The notes beneath the pieces are model-generated. The model saw only the letters and a list, made by a program, of their open reading frames with translations. It was not told the origin of the DNA and ran no database searches. Shown one piece after another: positions 1 through 9,776 of a DNA stretch of 64,000 bases (position 1 is its first letter; every line of letters begins with the position of its first letter). Source of the DNA: a virus (lineage: Duplodnaviria; Caudoviricetes); the IMG/VR virus record IMGVR_UViG_3300028832_000004, positions 1 through 64,000 of that record. The stretch is one strand, 5' to 3'. Both the position numbers and the translations under genes were made by a program.

Positions 1-85
1 CCGTTCCGCCGTCCGCAAAGATAGCCGTAATAATTGAGGTCTTGCCTACGCCCTGGGCACCGGAAATTGAGATAATACGATTCAT
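1..85 (-). CDS. P-loop NTPase / nucleotide kinase (AAA_28-like), 5' part only; runs off the window
   Basis: Manual translation MNRIISISGAQGVGKTSII with an N-terminal Walker A motif. Confidence 0.7.
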   Translation of the reverse strand, partial: MNRIISISGAQGVGKTSIITAIFADGGT

Positions 86-92
86 GAATAGC

Positions 93-236
93 CTACGGTT
101 TTAAAACTGGTATTTTTCGTTTAAGGTTATCGAGCTGCATAAGAATGGCGCGTAATGCCTTACGAAGCCGGAATACACGGATTGTAAGATATACGCATAT
201 AATGAAAAGGAAAATTGAAAGAATCATCCATGTCAT
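93..236 (-). CDS. small membrane protein (47 aa)
   Basis: MTWMILSIFLFIICVYLTIRVFRLRK...; ATGA overlap with the upstream stop; hydrophobic N-terminus. Confidence 0.5.
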   Translation of the reverse strand: MTWMILSIFLFIICVYLTIRVFRLRKALRAILMQLDNLKRKIPVLKP

Positions 237-529
237 ACCGGGGTCCTCTCAAATTCATCGATAGTTTGGGAAATTTCCGATTCGGCCGCATGCAGCCATG
301 CATCCCCAATGGATTGGTCGAGCGCAACTGCAAATTGACGTAGGATTAAATCCAAAGATTCATGCGCCTGCGTCGCCAAAAGATTCAGGACCATGCGTGC
401 CTGCGGGGCGCTGCGTTCCGCCTCGGGGAACAGCGCAAGGCATTTATTCGCCGATTTCTCATACGCGTTTAGACATTCTTTACGGATAGCTCGAATCGCC
501 GCATTGAGTTGTTTTGTTTGAATATCCAT
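233..529 (-). CDS. hypothetical protein
   Basis: 98 aa ORF in a packed minus-strand run. Confidence 0.65.
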   Translation of the reverse strand: MDIQTKQLNAAIRAIRKECLNAYEKSANKCLALFPEAERSAPQARMVLNLLATQAHESLDLILRQFAVALDQSIGDAWLHAAESEISQTIDEFERTPV

Positions 530-540
530 AGCGGGTGCCC

Positions 541-849
541 TTAATAATGATAGGTGACACGGTACCAGCGAATGATATCGCCGACACGTTCACACCACAA
601 AAGCACATCCTCATCCGTCACAGTCGCTCCGGCATCGGATGTGACACAAAGCTTCCCGCGGATCCATGGGTCATCAATGGAAATCACAACACCGGATACT
701 TCTTCGGGGGTATCGGAATTGATGAATATCCGGGCATCCGATTCGCCAAAAAAACTAGTGCTGAATATTACTTGGTCAAGGCGTTCAACCTGGGCCTTAA
801 TGCCGTCGTTATGCGGCATATCAAATGTGCTTTTTGCAATGTATCTCAT
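541..849 (-). CDS. hypothetical protein
   Basis: 102 aa ORF, preceded by CGTATATA-N5-ATG. Confidence 0.65.
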   Translation of the reverse strand: MRYIAKSTFDMPHNDGIKAQVERLDQVIFSTSFFGESDARIFINSDTPEEVSGVVISIDDPWIRGKLCVTSDAGATVTDEDVLLWCERVGDIIRWYRVTYHY

Positions 850-967
850 GCCTATATATACGCCAAGGGCACCGCATGCCCCTGTCCTTTGCCTAAAAAT
901 ACATTAAAGCCATTACGGCGCCAACACCGGGGCGATTAAGGTATATTTCAATTATAAGGAGTATATT

Positions 968-1315
968 GTGGATTTCAATCACGATTTCAATGGCAATAAT
1001 GAGTTCCTGCTGACAGGGACAAAGGAGCGTCTTCAAATGGTGAAGGCTGCCATTCTTTCATTCGGCGATATGGGATACACGGATCCTCCGGTGCCTAACA
1101 TTCAATATGCCATTGGCGATTATACAGATTCGAATGGGCGGGCAGCGCTTGAAGGCGCCATACGAGAAAACCTCATTTCATCTATGGTAGTGCGCCCGGA
1201 TGAAATCGTTTCAATCCAAGTAGTATCCCCGATTGGGGATAACAAGTTTCAGGTACAGCTTGGTTTTACATTCGGGACATTGACCGTGGAGCATCCCGGC
1301 ATATCCGGCGAATAA
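968..1315 (+). CDS. baseplate wedge / sheath-initiator protein (gp25/gpW-like)
   Basis: AGGAG RBS with GTG start; size and pattern (ERLQMVKAAIL...ALEGAIRENL...IVSIQV...FQVQLGF) resemble the gp25 family. Confidence 0.55.
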   Translation: MDFNHDFNGNNEFLLTGTKERLQMVKAAILSFGDMGYTDPPVPNIQYAIGDYTDSNGRAALEGAIRENLISSMVVRPDEIVSIQVVSPIGDNKFQVQLGFTFGTLTVEHPGISGE

Positions 1316-1339
1316 CGCGCGTTTAAGGCGATAAAAGTT

Positions 1340-1363
1340 AAAGGCGGGCATTTACCCGCCTTT
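1340..1363. terminator. bidirectional intrinsic terminator between convergent genes
   Basis: AAAGGCGGG-cattta-CCCGCCTTT with A/T-rich flanks. Confidence 0.7.
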
Positions 1364-1418
1364 GTTTTATTTGCCTTTTATTTGCTGGTTATTTGCCAAA
1401 TACGCCACGGTTAATCGG

Positions 1419-3929
1419 CTATTTCTTTTTCTTGATCATGTCCGAAATTTTCACGATGTGGGAGTCCGTGCCATCCAACGCCGATGCCAAGGCAACCGCC
1501 TTTGAATCAAGCTGGTAGGCCATAGTCACGTCAATCGTTCTAGGCGCCACAAGATAATAGACATTGACCGGAACTTCCTGCCCGCCACGATGCAAGCGGT
1601 CTTCAGCCTGCCAGTGGTCCGTAGGCGCCGCAGTGAACTCAACAAAGACGCAGTTCGAACAAGCCTTCTGCAAGCCGTCAATGCCAACGCCCGCCGATTG
1701 AATGTTCGCCACAATCACGCGGATGTTGGGGTCGTTGATGAATGATTCCTTGATTTTGTCGCGCTGCGCCCCGCTAGTTTCGCCAGTCAACACATGCGCG
1801 CCGATTCCCTTATCTTTCAGGAACCCGGCAATGTCATCGACCACCGCATGATGCCAAGCAAAGACAAGGAGCTTTTCATCGGTGGACAAAAAGTCCATAA
1901 TCCATTGCTTACAGGCGTCCGCCTTCAAATCATAGGCGGAGCGGAATAGCCCGGCGATGGCGGCGGACTTTTCAAATTCGCTTGCCTCTCGTGCCTTCTT
2001 CGCCTGCTCGCGGTATGCTTCCATCTTGCCTTTATCAACGTCACATGGCACTGTCGTAATAATCTTAGGCGGGAGAAATGTCATCACCTCGGCCTTGGTT
2101 CGACGAAGAGCACGCGTTGAGAGAAGCGCATGAAGTTCTTCACCATTGGAGATGCCTTTATACTCAGTGCCATACGGGCCGACTTTCGGATTACAATAGC
2201 GATTCGCATACGCATAGAAGTTCGGGAATGTCGCTGGATCTATCGCATGAAGGACTGGCCATAACTGAACGGGGCGGCTTCTAGCAGGGGTTCCCGACAT
2301 TGCAAGCAGGCACGGTATTTTTTGCGCCAAGCGCAAAAACGCTTTGGTTCTTTGGGAGGTACGGTTTCCGATCGCCTGCACCTCATCGCACACTATTGCC
2401 TTGAAGCCATGGGTATGCAAATTGCCCCGTAGCGGGGAACGCTCCCACTTATAAAGAATATCCCAGTTAATTATATAGGATTTGCCCGGTTCGAGTTGAT
2501 AAGGGCGCTCGCCGGAAAGGACCTCAATATCATCCCGGTGCAACCACGACTTATAATTTCCCGCCCATTGATTTTTCGTAGACGCGGTCGCCACTATTAA
2601 TACGGGAAGGATTCCATGATACCGAATCCATGAAAGTGCCTGAACGGTTTTGCCGCAATTATGTACGACCACGCCATTTGCCAAGAAATTGCCATGATTG
2701 AGAACCTTTACATCATAGGTCATTTGTTTTCCGGCGGGCTCGATTGAAATCACCCGATGGATCGAGGGATTCACAAACTTGAAATGCCGATATGCGGTGG
2801 CGCCGTGAAATGCGGCGTGCGCCGCCTGGTCATCCAATAGCATTAAATTCGAAATATCATTATTTTGCCGATTTCCATCAATATGATGAACCACCTCATA
2901 CGGCAGCAGCGGGCGCCCGAGATGCTGCTCCATTATATAACGATGCTTTGGCACCTCCCCGCTTGCTAGGCGGCATCCACCTTTATAATCGCGCAGGAAA
3001 CTTCCGGACAAATAAATATATCCATCCTTGCGCAATATTTCGTGCATGCCTTCATGCTCATACACATTGCGTGATTCATACATACATTTACGGCAGTACC
3101 CATAAAATTTAGCACGGCGATTGGTAATAACCCCGGTAGATGCTCCACATTTTTTACATCCGGAAGTTCCATTGCATACAATCGCCGCATTAAGTGATTT
3201 CGCGGCCGCAACCCAACCACTTTCTGTTTTCATCAAGTGATCGGGCGTGAGTGTCAACTTACGCCCGTCATCAAATGTAACAGTCACGCACTCTTTAACT
3301 CCGGACTCAATTACATCGATAACTTGCCCAAGGCGAAACACGCCATCGTCATGGATACAGCGGATGAACCATGGGCGTTCTTCATGTGAATAGATGCGGC
3401 GATGATCCTTGCTATGGAATTTTTTGTAAAATTGGGCGAGGGTCATTTGCTTGCCCAATTTATGCCGATTTACGCCAACAATCATGCCCCCGGCGATGCA
3501 GCCCTGTTCATCAAACAAGGCAAGGCGCGGGCGGGTCAGGGAGAATTTCAAAAAGTCTTCTTGATATGGGTAGAGACCGGGGAGCACGCGCTCCTTGATA
3601 TAGGGAGGAGGCGGGCGGTTCACAATTTCGGGTTCAGGTATTTGCCAGCCCGAGGCACGGCACCAATCCCTCATCTCCTTTGTATTTGGAACGGACCACT
3701 TCTTTGTGGAGGAACTGTAACGTCGCCCCGGAATGTTCTTGATGGTGTCAAGGACCTGTCGCCATGCCGCCTGATCGGCGATATGCCATTCGAGGTTGAT
3801 ACGTAGCTTGTCCAAGTCAAATGTATACTTCATGCCCGGTATCACTATCGGATCCGGTATGGCTTGGGCCTGCAAAAATAACGGTTTTCGCATATTGAAC
3901 ATATATCCAATATACGTCCGTGCGGACAT
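1419..3929 (-). CDS. SNF2/SF2 (HARP-like) helicase containing an intein; start may be 3902
   Basis: LYPYQ, DEQG|CGKT Walker A split by the intein, CDEVQ, MSGTP, GVGIDGL, QAEDRLHRGGQ. Confidence 0.92.
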   Translation of the reverse strand: MSARTYIGYMFNMRKPLFLQAQAIPDPIVIPGMKYTFDLDKLRINLEWHIADQAAWRQVLDTIKNIPGRRYSSSTKKWSVPNTKEMRDWCRASGWQIPEPEIVNRPPPPYIKERVLPGLYPYQEDFLKFSLTRPRLALFDEQGCIAGGMIVGVNRHKLGKQMTLAQFYKKFHSKDHRRIYSHEERPWFIRCIHDDGVFRLGQVIDVIESGVKECVTVTFDDGRKLTLTPDHLMKTESGWVAAAKSLNAAIVCNGTSGCKKCGASTGVITNRRAKFYGYCRKCMYESRNVYEHEGMHEILRKDGYIYLSGSFLRDYKGGCRLASGEVPKHRYIMEQHLGRPLLPYEVVHHIDGNRQNNDISNLMLLDDQAAHAAFHGATAYRHFKFVNPSIHRVISIEPAGKQMTYDVKVLNHGNFLANGVVVHNCGKTVQALSWIRYHGILPVLIVATASTKNQWAGNYKSWLHRDDIEVLSGERPYQLEPGKSYIINWDILYKWERSPLRGNLHTHGFKAIVCDEVQAIGNRTSQRTKAFLRLAQKIPCLLAMSGTPARSRPVQLWPVLHAIDPATFPNFYAYANRYCNPKVGPYGTEYKGISNGEELHALLSTRALRRTKAEVMTFLPPKIITTVPCDVDKGKMEAYREQAKKAREASEFEKSAAIAGLFRSAYDLKADACKQWIMDFLSTDEKLLVFAWHHAVVDDIAGFLKDKGIGAHVLTGETSGAQRDKIKESFINDPNIRVIVANIQSAGVGIDGLQKACSNCVFVEFTAAPTDHWQAEDRLHRGGQEVPVNVYYLVAPRTIDVTMAYQLDSKAVALASALDGTDSHIVKISDMIKKKK
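2658..3500 (-). mobile_element. intein (281 aa) with an HNH homing endonuclease
   Basis: Starts CIAGG; block B LTLTPDH; HRYIMEQHLGR..VVHHIDGNRQNNDISNL; ends YDVKV..NFLANGVVVHN followed by C. Confidence 0.92.
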
Positions 3930-4021
3930 GGCATGTCATTTAATCGGAGAGTTGCCCCAGTCGTTTACATTAAAAAAAGTACGTCCGGCAAATATAATGA
4001 CGCCTATAAATATAAAAGTAA

Positions 4022-4300
4022 TCACGGCGTATCCTCCGTGTTCGGATCAAATATCGGATCTCCGGATGTCCATATATTCGGGTCAAATATGGCATCGCCA
4101 TATCCATCGCCGTCCGGCTGATTAAATCCGGCCATCGGGTCCTTGACCACCGGCGGACCCACCATGCTATTCGGGAAAATATCGCGCTCCTTGACATTAA
4201 CCAAGGTGATAATTGCCCCCTTGGCAATCAGGCTGCCAACCGTAATTGGCAACCTGATTAGCTTTCGAATACGGTTTACACTATCGCGCCTGATCGCCAT
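4022..4300 (-). CDS. hypothetical protein with acidic DxIFDPN repeats
   Basis: GAGG RBS before the ATG at 4300 (MAIRRDSV...). Confidence 0.55.
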   Translation of the reverse strand: MAIRRDSVNRIRKLIRLPITVGSLIAKGAIITLVNVKERDIFPNSMVGPPVVKDPMAGFNQPDGDGYGDAIFDPNIWTSGDPIFDPNTEDTP

Positions 4301-5096
4301 CGGTGATCCTCGCTGATTGAATATCCTTGAATAATTTCTTTTTAATCGGCGGATTCGTTTCCAGCAATTCCAACGCACGGGCGGACAAGTCGATGCACGG
4401 AATCATCACCGGGCCTTTCGCCGTAATATGCATGAGCATCAAATCGCCAATGCGGAGGTTCGTTTTCTTTTCAACGATCGCCTTGTAGGTGGATAGCTGC
4501 AAACTGTAGTGGTAGTAGTTGGCATCGGGGAAATCGGAGAACGGCGGCATCATGCGTTGCCACGGATTGTCCTTCTTGATTTCCTTGTTCGTCTTGTAGT
4601 CAAGGATAGCATACTGCCCTGTCTTGGTATTGTAGGCGAGAAGGTCAATCGTTCCGCACAAGCCCCAATCGGAATTATGTACGATTAATTCTTCTTGGAC
4701 CGGAATATAGGTCTGCGTAATCATTTGGTAGGCCGCGTTGCATGCTGGTATGCGGGAATCATAATCGGCAGGCATCTCCGGCCACTTCGCCATATCAAAA
4801 TGTGGTACATAGCGCTTATGCTGCATAAGATTTTCCATGTAGGCATGCACTTCCGTACCGAGATCGCACGAATAATCCCCGGCGCGTTTCCACTTAGCCC
4901 TCAATTCTTCCGGTGTGCATCCGTTCTTTGCAGCGGACTTCTTGGCAATTTCATCCCAGTCCTGAGGCGGGCTAAATTCATGCACCCAAGAAGTGACGGA
5001 AGTAAAAGGTGTTCCCTTACTGTCCGTGTACTTATGCGGAACCGGATCAAAATGAATGTCGTGGAATTTCCAAAGTTCTATAGGTGTCATGTCCAT
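4281..5096 (-). CDS. PD-(D/E)XK exonuclease (RecB/Cas4-like fold)
   Basis: SVTSW, GTEVHAYME, EELIV, GTIDLL, LDYKTNK, YSLQLSTY. Confidence 0.88.
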   Translation of the reverse strand: MDMTPIELWKFHDIHFDPVPHKYTDSKGTPFTSVTSWVHEFSPPQDWDEIAKKSAAKNGCTPEELRAKWKRAGDYSCDLGTEVHAYMENLMQHKRYVPHFDMAKWPEMPADYDSRIPACNAAYQMITQTYIPVQEELIVHNSDWGLCGTIDLLAYNTKTGQYAILDYKTNKEIKKDNPWQRMMPPFSDFPDANYYHYSLQLSTYKAIVEKKTNLRIGDLMLMHITAKGPVMIPCIDLSARALELLETNPPIKKKLFKDIQSARITDGDQAR

Positions 5097-5354
5097 AAAT
5101 ATACCCTTTTTTAGTCCTTAAACCAATGGCTATTTGTTAGATGAAAAAGATGTAGCGGAAGCAGGTTATACGCCAATCAAAATCATATAGAAAAGCGAAT
5201 ACAATATACGGCGCCCTGGCTGGATACGGTTTGTTCGCAAATGCCTATTACGCCGAATTACGCCGTCTTGGATTGTATGATAGAGTCCGAAAAAGAAACA
5301 CGCCGCCGCATGTGGAGAAAATGCGTATCGGCTTGAATCTTTTTAGTCTTCCCA

Positions 5355-8144
5355 TTATTGCCTCATGCGAACTTCATCGCATATGTGTTTGTCAATTTCC
5401 AGCCAATTTTCTTCACCGGGCGCCAAGCAGCCGTTTGTTGCCGCATTCGCGGAGAAGCCCAATGCGTGTTCCCCTCCCATCTCGGCCCAGCATCCCCCAT
5501 CCTCGGACACCTCTGCTTCAATGACAAGGGGAACCGCAATCCACTTGAAGTTGTGCATAACCTTGACAACTCCATTCTTATACAGAATATCCTCGACCAG
5601 TTCCTGCTCCTCGGTCTTGACCAGCAGGACAATGGCGTCATGAATCTGTCCGATAATACGGCTCTGCAAGCCAAGCCTTTCAAAATCATCAAGGTCATCG
5701 CCTAACGCCTGCAATAGCGTGTGGAAACCGGATCCCTGAATACAGCGGTTGGCGCATTCGGTGAATGACATGGGGCCGTAGCATCGGCATCCCATATATC
5801 CTTCCACATATCCATTCTTTTGATAGCGCTCCCATTCCGCGTTGCGCCATTCGTTGTAGACCTTGAAGCGCTCATTCCAAAAGATCGAGTCTGCCGTCTT
5901 GACATGGTCAAGGAATTGCGGGTAGTTGGTGATGCCATGCGCCGCCAAATTCTCCTTCGCGGTATCCGGCATTTTCGCCCACATGCGCTCCGCACAATGC
6001 TTATAGCTTGCGCCGTAAAAGCTGGAGAACACATAGCCGGTCTTGATCGATTGGCGCTCCAATTTCGTCACATCCTCCGGCCGGCGCATATACATGTCCG
6101 CGGCGGTATCGCGATGCATGTCGGAACTGGGGTCCTGCAAATATTTAAGCATGCTCGGGTCATGATGGTAGCTGGCGGACACCATAACTTCAAGCGATTT
6201 GTAGTCCGCTTCCATATACTTCCATCCCGGCGGGGCAATGAACAAGGAGCGCAGAATATGCTTCATAGTCTTGTCGCGCTTCGGAATGTTTTGGAAGTTC
6301 GGGGAATCCGCCGAGCTTCTATATGTGCGGGGGCCGCCGCTTTCGCCGCCGGAACCGGTGGACAAGTTAAAGAAGGGGCGTATCAGGTAGCTTTCGGTAG
6401 GCTTATCATACATTGCCTCGCGATCGTAGCCCTTAATAAAGGTCTTCCCAATCTTCGCATACTTGCGCATTTGAAGAATGTTTTCGGCAAGCGGGGTATT
6501 CAATGATTCAAGATATTCAACGTCCAGGGATTTTCCTTCGGCATCCTTTTCGGAAATGGTCCCGTTCATTATAAATAGTTTCTTGAGGTCGGCGGGAGAG
6601 TTCGGGTTGAGTATTGCGGCGTAGCGCTGCATATACCTTTTGGCATCGTCCGAGTTGAGGATGGCATCCTGCGCCTCCTGTCTCTTGGCCTCCACTTCAG
6701 CTTTCGCAACGGCAACCTGATTCTTGTCCATTGGCAGGCCGCCGCTTTGAACCTTGGAGAGTGTCACCATCCCGCGCATGAAGAAGTTAAAGAACTCGCG
6801 TTCCCTGCCTACCATTTGCTTTTCTTGAATATCTCGGATGGGCAACGTGTATAACGAGTCCTGCCCGCAGTAATTCGCTATTTGGAACCACGGCACGCGC
6901 TTATCATCCGCAAGCCTATTCAGCGCATAGCACGATTCGTTGTCCTCGCCCGGCATGCATTGCGCCATGTAAGGATCCGCCTCGGTATCATAGCCGATAA
7001 TGCCGAGTTCTGTATAAGTGTGGAACTTCAACCCGACCTTTTGGTTGTTGTTGAGAACATGGGCGCCGATGCAGGTGTCCCAATCCCAATTCAGCGGCCA
7101 ATCCGTAATGCTTCCATGAAGACCCGCCTTGAAATGGGTCCAGCATGTTTCGAAGTCCGCCTTATGGGCAACCAGTCCAACCGGGGAGCCGGGCTTGAAA
7201 AGTTCATGCCACGCGTTTATAAGATTTTCATTGTCCGCATCCCATTTGAATCCGATGCCGCGATATTTGCCATTTGCTCGCCAAGCAAGGGAACCGGCGA
7301 CAATACGCTGCTCGGGGCGATGCGGCTTGATGCCGGTGGTTTCGTAGTCTATTGCCATGGATGGATGCGGGTCATATTGGAGCGCTTCCTGAATGGCTGC
7401 CCGTATCCAAGATGCAGCCTCGTCCGGATTAACCGTGGTACGCAGGTCATTCGGAATTTCGGGGAAAGGCTTATTGACAAGTCCCAACGCCTTTTCAATG
7501 TGGGCGAGGCGTTGCTTGTAGTAGGCATTGTCCTCTTCCGCCTTGCGTCGCATCGCCTGCATATATGGGCAGCCCCAAGTCGGGCATATCCATGCATTAT
7601 AGTAACGATCCGGGATGGTCTTGCCGAAGAAATCGTCCGCCTTCACGTTCGAGATACGCCCGGACAATCTTGGTCCGATCACGCACCATGTGGCAATGAT
7701 GCCTACCGGGACTATCACCTTCGGCTTATACTTTGCGATCACTTCCGCAAGAAATGGCTGCCCCATGGCGGCGGTTTTGGTGTCCAATAAGGTCCCGGAC
7801 GTTTTCCATGGGATTGCATTCACAAATGCGAATTGGTCCAGCACATCGGAAGCGTCCATGCCGATTTCGCGGAACGCCTCCCACAAATCCTTGAAGCGGG
7901 GAGACTGGAGCGGGCGGTTGCCATCCTCTATAATAGAAGGGCCGGCGATTTGGCGCTCCCACGGCTTTGGCAAGTTGACCGTGTATTTTTCCGAAAGCGG
8001 ATAGTCGCCGACAAATAGAATGCCGCCGGACATATTTCCGACAACGGGGCTGGACTTGATTCCATTTGCTTGTGCGGGAAGATTGGCTTGTTTCTTTTTG
8101 GTGTCCTGTTTTTCAGGCGCGATACCTAGATTAAAAAATCCCAT
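5355..8144 (-). CDS. polA: DNA polymerase family A with an N-terminal uracil-DNA-glycosylase-like domain and a 3'-5' exonuclease
   Basis: DYETTG exonuclease motif, PNFQNIPKRD, ADYKSLE (motif A), KTGYVFSSFYG (motif B), QIHDAI (motif C); N-terminal ILFVGDYP..KPKVIVPVG. Confidence 0.93.
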   Translation of the reverse strand: MGFFNLGIAPEKQDTKKKQANLPAQANGIKSSPVVGNMSGGILFVGDYPLSEKYTVNLPKPWERQIAGPSIIEDGNRPLQSPRFKDLWEAFREIGMDASDVLDQFAFVNAIPWKTSGTLLDTKTAAMGQPFLAEVIAKYKPKVIVPVGIIATWCVIGPRLSGRISNVKADDFFGKTIPDRYYNAWICPTWGCPYMQAMRRKAEEDNAYYKQRLAHIEKALGLVNKPFPEIPNDLRTTVNPDEAASWIRAAIQEALQYDPHPSMAIDYETTGIKPHRPEQRIVAGSLAWRANGKYRGIGFKWDADNENLINAWHELFKPGSPVGLVAHKADFETCWTHFKAGLHGSITDWPLNWDWDTCIGAHVLNNNQKVGLKFHTYTELGIIGYDTEADPYMAQCMPGEDNESCYALNRLADDKRVPWFQIANYCGQDSLYTLPIRDIQEKQMVGREREFFNFFMRGMVTLSKVQSGGLPMDKNQVAVAKAEVEAKRQEAQDAILNSDDAKRYMQRYAAILNPNSPADLKKLFIMNGTISEKDAEGKSLDVEYLESLNTPLAENILQMRKYAKIGKTFIKGYDREAMYDKPTESYLIRPFFNLSTGSGGESGGPRTYRSSADSPNFQNIPKRDKTMKHILRSLFIAPPGWKYMEADYKSLEVMVSASYHHDPSMLKYLQDPSSDMHRDTAADMYMRRPEDVTKLERQSIKTGYVFSSFYGASYKHCAERMWAKMPDTAKENLAAHGITNYPQFLDHVKTADSIFWNERFKVYNEWRNAEWERYQKNGYVEGYMGCRCYGPMSFTECANRCIQGSGFHTLLQALGDDLDDFERLGLQSRIIGQIHDAIVLLVKTEEQELVEDILYKNGVVKVMHNFKWIAVPLVIEAEVSEDGGCWAEMGGEHALGFSANAATNGCLAPGEENWLEIDKHICDEVRMRQ

Positions 8145-8264
8145 TGCATAATACCTCGCATTAATATACGGCGGAATCGCATTGTATGGATTTTGGCTAT
8201 AAACAAGGAATTATGCGTTGGGATTCGAATATAAATTGGTTATATTTATGAAAAAGGAGATGGA

Positions 8265-8678
8265 ATGGAACTTATCCCATATTTGGCCGACTTCGGAAAA
8301 CTTCTTGGCTGGCCTGCCGTGGTAGTTGCGGTTATTTTGATTTTTATCATCCGTGATTTAATAAAAAGGGTCGACCGGCTTGAGGCGGAAAAGAAAGCAC
8401 TTACGGAACGCCTAGAGGCCGAGAAGGCGGCACTTGAGAATAAGATCTCTTCCGAAACAAGCGCACTTGCCGATGCGGTTGCCACACGATTGGACGATGC
8501 CCTGTCAAAGGTCACCGCAAGGCTTGAAAAGCTTGAGTCCGCGGACACGTCCATCAAGAATGATTTCAAGGACGAGCTCGGCAAGATATATGAGAAGATT
8601 AATGCAATGGCTACGAATATTGCGGTATTGAAGGACCGCAGCGATCGAAAAGAAAAGAAGGAACCCGATGAGGTATAG
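8265..8678 (+). CDS. membrane-anchored coiled-coil protein (holin/spanin-like)
   Basis: AGGAG RBS; one TM segment (WPAVVVAVILIFII) followed by a long coiled coil. Confidence 0.6.
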   Translation: MELIPYLADFGKLLGWPAVVVAVILIFIIRDLIKRVDRLEAEKKALTERLEAEKAALENKISSETSALADAVATRLDDALSKVTARLEKLESADTSIKNDFKDELGKIYEKINAMATNIAVLKDRSDRKEKKEPDEV

Positions 8679-8680
8679 TC

Positions 8681-9163
8681 ATGAATGCAGTCTACTCCTA
8701 TTCATTCGTACGGGGCCCCGACTATGATAAAGGCCGGGAGGACCTTAACAATTTAATCGAAAGCAAAAGCGCAAAGCGCAGATATTTGCTTGAACACCCC
8801 ATTTATATGATCGCGGAATGCGACACCGGACGCCTGCTCGCAAGATCCGAGGCAGGATTCATGTTTGATGGCCGAAGCGGATCCCCGCTCATAGACTTCT
8901 TCATACCTAATCTTGGCAATGAGGATGAACGCGCAGCGTGGCTGTTCCATGACCTCCTAGCATACGGCGGCAGTCTTAATTTTCATGATACCAACAGATT
9001 CCTCCGAGTATTCCTCCGGGATCAGGCACGATATAGCGGATTCAAGTCATGGCTTGTCGAAACTGCGGTTAGCATCGATGATTCATGGTATGGGGAGCCG
9101 AAGGAAGGCGACTGGTGCCGCTACAACATTGGAAAGGTCACAACCCTTTGGATTCCGAAATAA
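8681..9163 (+). CDS. DUF1353-like protein
   Basis: GFMFDGRSG..AAWLFHDLL pattern. Confidence 0.6.
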   Translation: MNAVYSYSFVRGPDYDKGREDLNNLIESKSAKRRYLLEHPIYMIAECDTGRLLARSEAGFMFDGRSGSPLIDFFIPNLGNEDERAAWLFHDLLAYGGSLNFHDTNRFLRVFLRDQARYSGFKSWLVETAVSIDDSWYGEPKEGDWCRYNIGKVTTLWIPK

Positions 9164-9200
9164 TGCGCGATTACTGCGCATATAACGGCGAATAATTAAA

Positions 9201-9222
9201 AGGCAGGTATATTTACCTGCCT
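9201..9222. terminator. bidirectional terminator between convergent genes
   Basis: AGGCAGGTA-tatt-TACCTGCCT. Confidence 0.7.
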
Positions 9223-9248
9223 AAATTTTTATTGCCTTAAACCGCCGT

Positions 9249-9560
9249 CTATGCGCGTTTCTTGTGGCGTAGCGGCCGCATGACAAAATAGATACATGGA
9301 TAATTAGGATCGCCCTGTTTTTGGCAATAGGTCCCCAAATGCACCTTCGCCCGGCGGAACGCCTGCCTCATGAAATGCTCCGCCTTCTTCAAAACTTCAG
9401 GGGCGGTCGTCATCTCATATGTGATGCAATATACGTCCTCGTTTGTATTGCGGTGTACGCCCCAATACGTGCGCACCATTTTCATTCCAAGCGACTCGGC
9501 GATCCCGGCGGCTCTGTGGGCCAACTTGGTTTCATAGTAATCCTTCTTAACTGTCGACAT
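9249..9560 (-). CDS. hypothetical protein
   Basis: GGAG RBS; 103 aa. Confidence 0.65.
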   Translation of the reverse strand: MSTVKKDYYETKLAHRAAGIAESLGMKMVRTYWGVHRNTNEDVYCITYEMTTAPEVLKKAEHFMRQAFRRAKVHLGTYCQKQGDPNYPCIYFVMRPLRHKKRA

Positions 9561-9595
9561 GTCCTACTCCAATGCCAGTGGTGAAATCCCCGGTA

Positions 9596-9775
9596 TCATA
9601 CGGGGCGTGGTTGCGATAGCGTTGCTCGCGTGCCGTCCTTCGAAATGCGAAAGTTTTCCGGAGAGAACGCGCTGTCGGACATTCGCGCGATCATGTCGGC
9701 GATAAAAGCGACAATGGGCAGTTCGTAGAGGGATCCGTCCGTACAGATTTTCGGAATGATAGCTACCGGGTGCAT
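9596..9775 (-). CDS. hypothetical protein (59 aa)
   Basis: AGGAGG RBS before the ATG at 9775. Confidence 0.5.
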   Translation of the reverse strand: MHPVAIIPKICTDGSLYELPIVAFIADMIARMSDSAFSPENFRISKDGTRATLSQPRPV

Positions 9776-9776
9776 G

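Noticed and set aside
4281-5096. Cas4-like nuclease as part of a CRISPR system
   Set aside because: No array or other cas genes were seen; standalone PD-(D/E)XK exonucleases are common in phages
5100-5354. Possible gene between polA and the exonuclease
   Set aside because: The minus-strand frame from the ATG after polA is broken by TAA-TAG, and no product is recognisable
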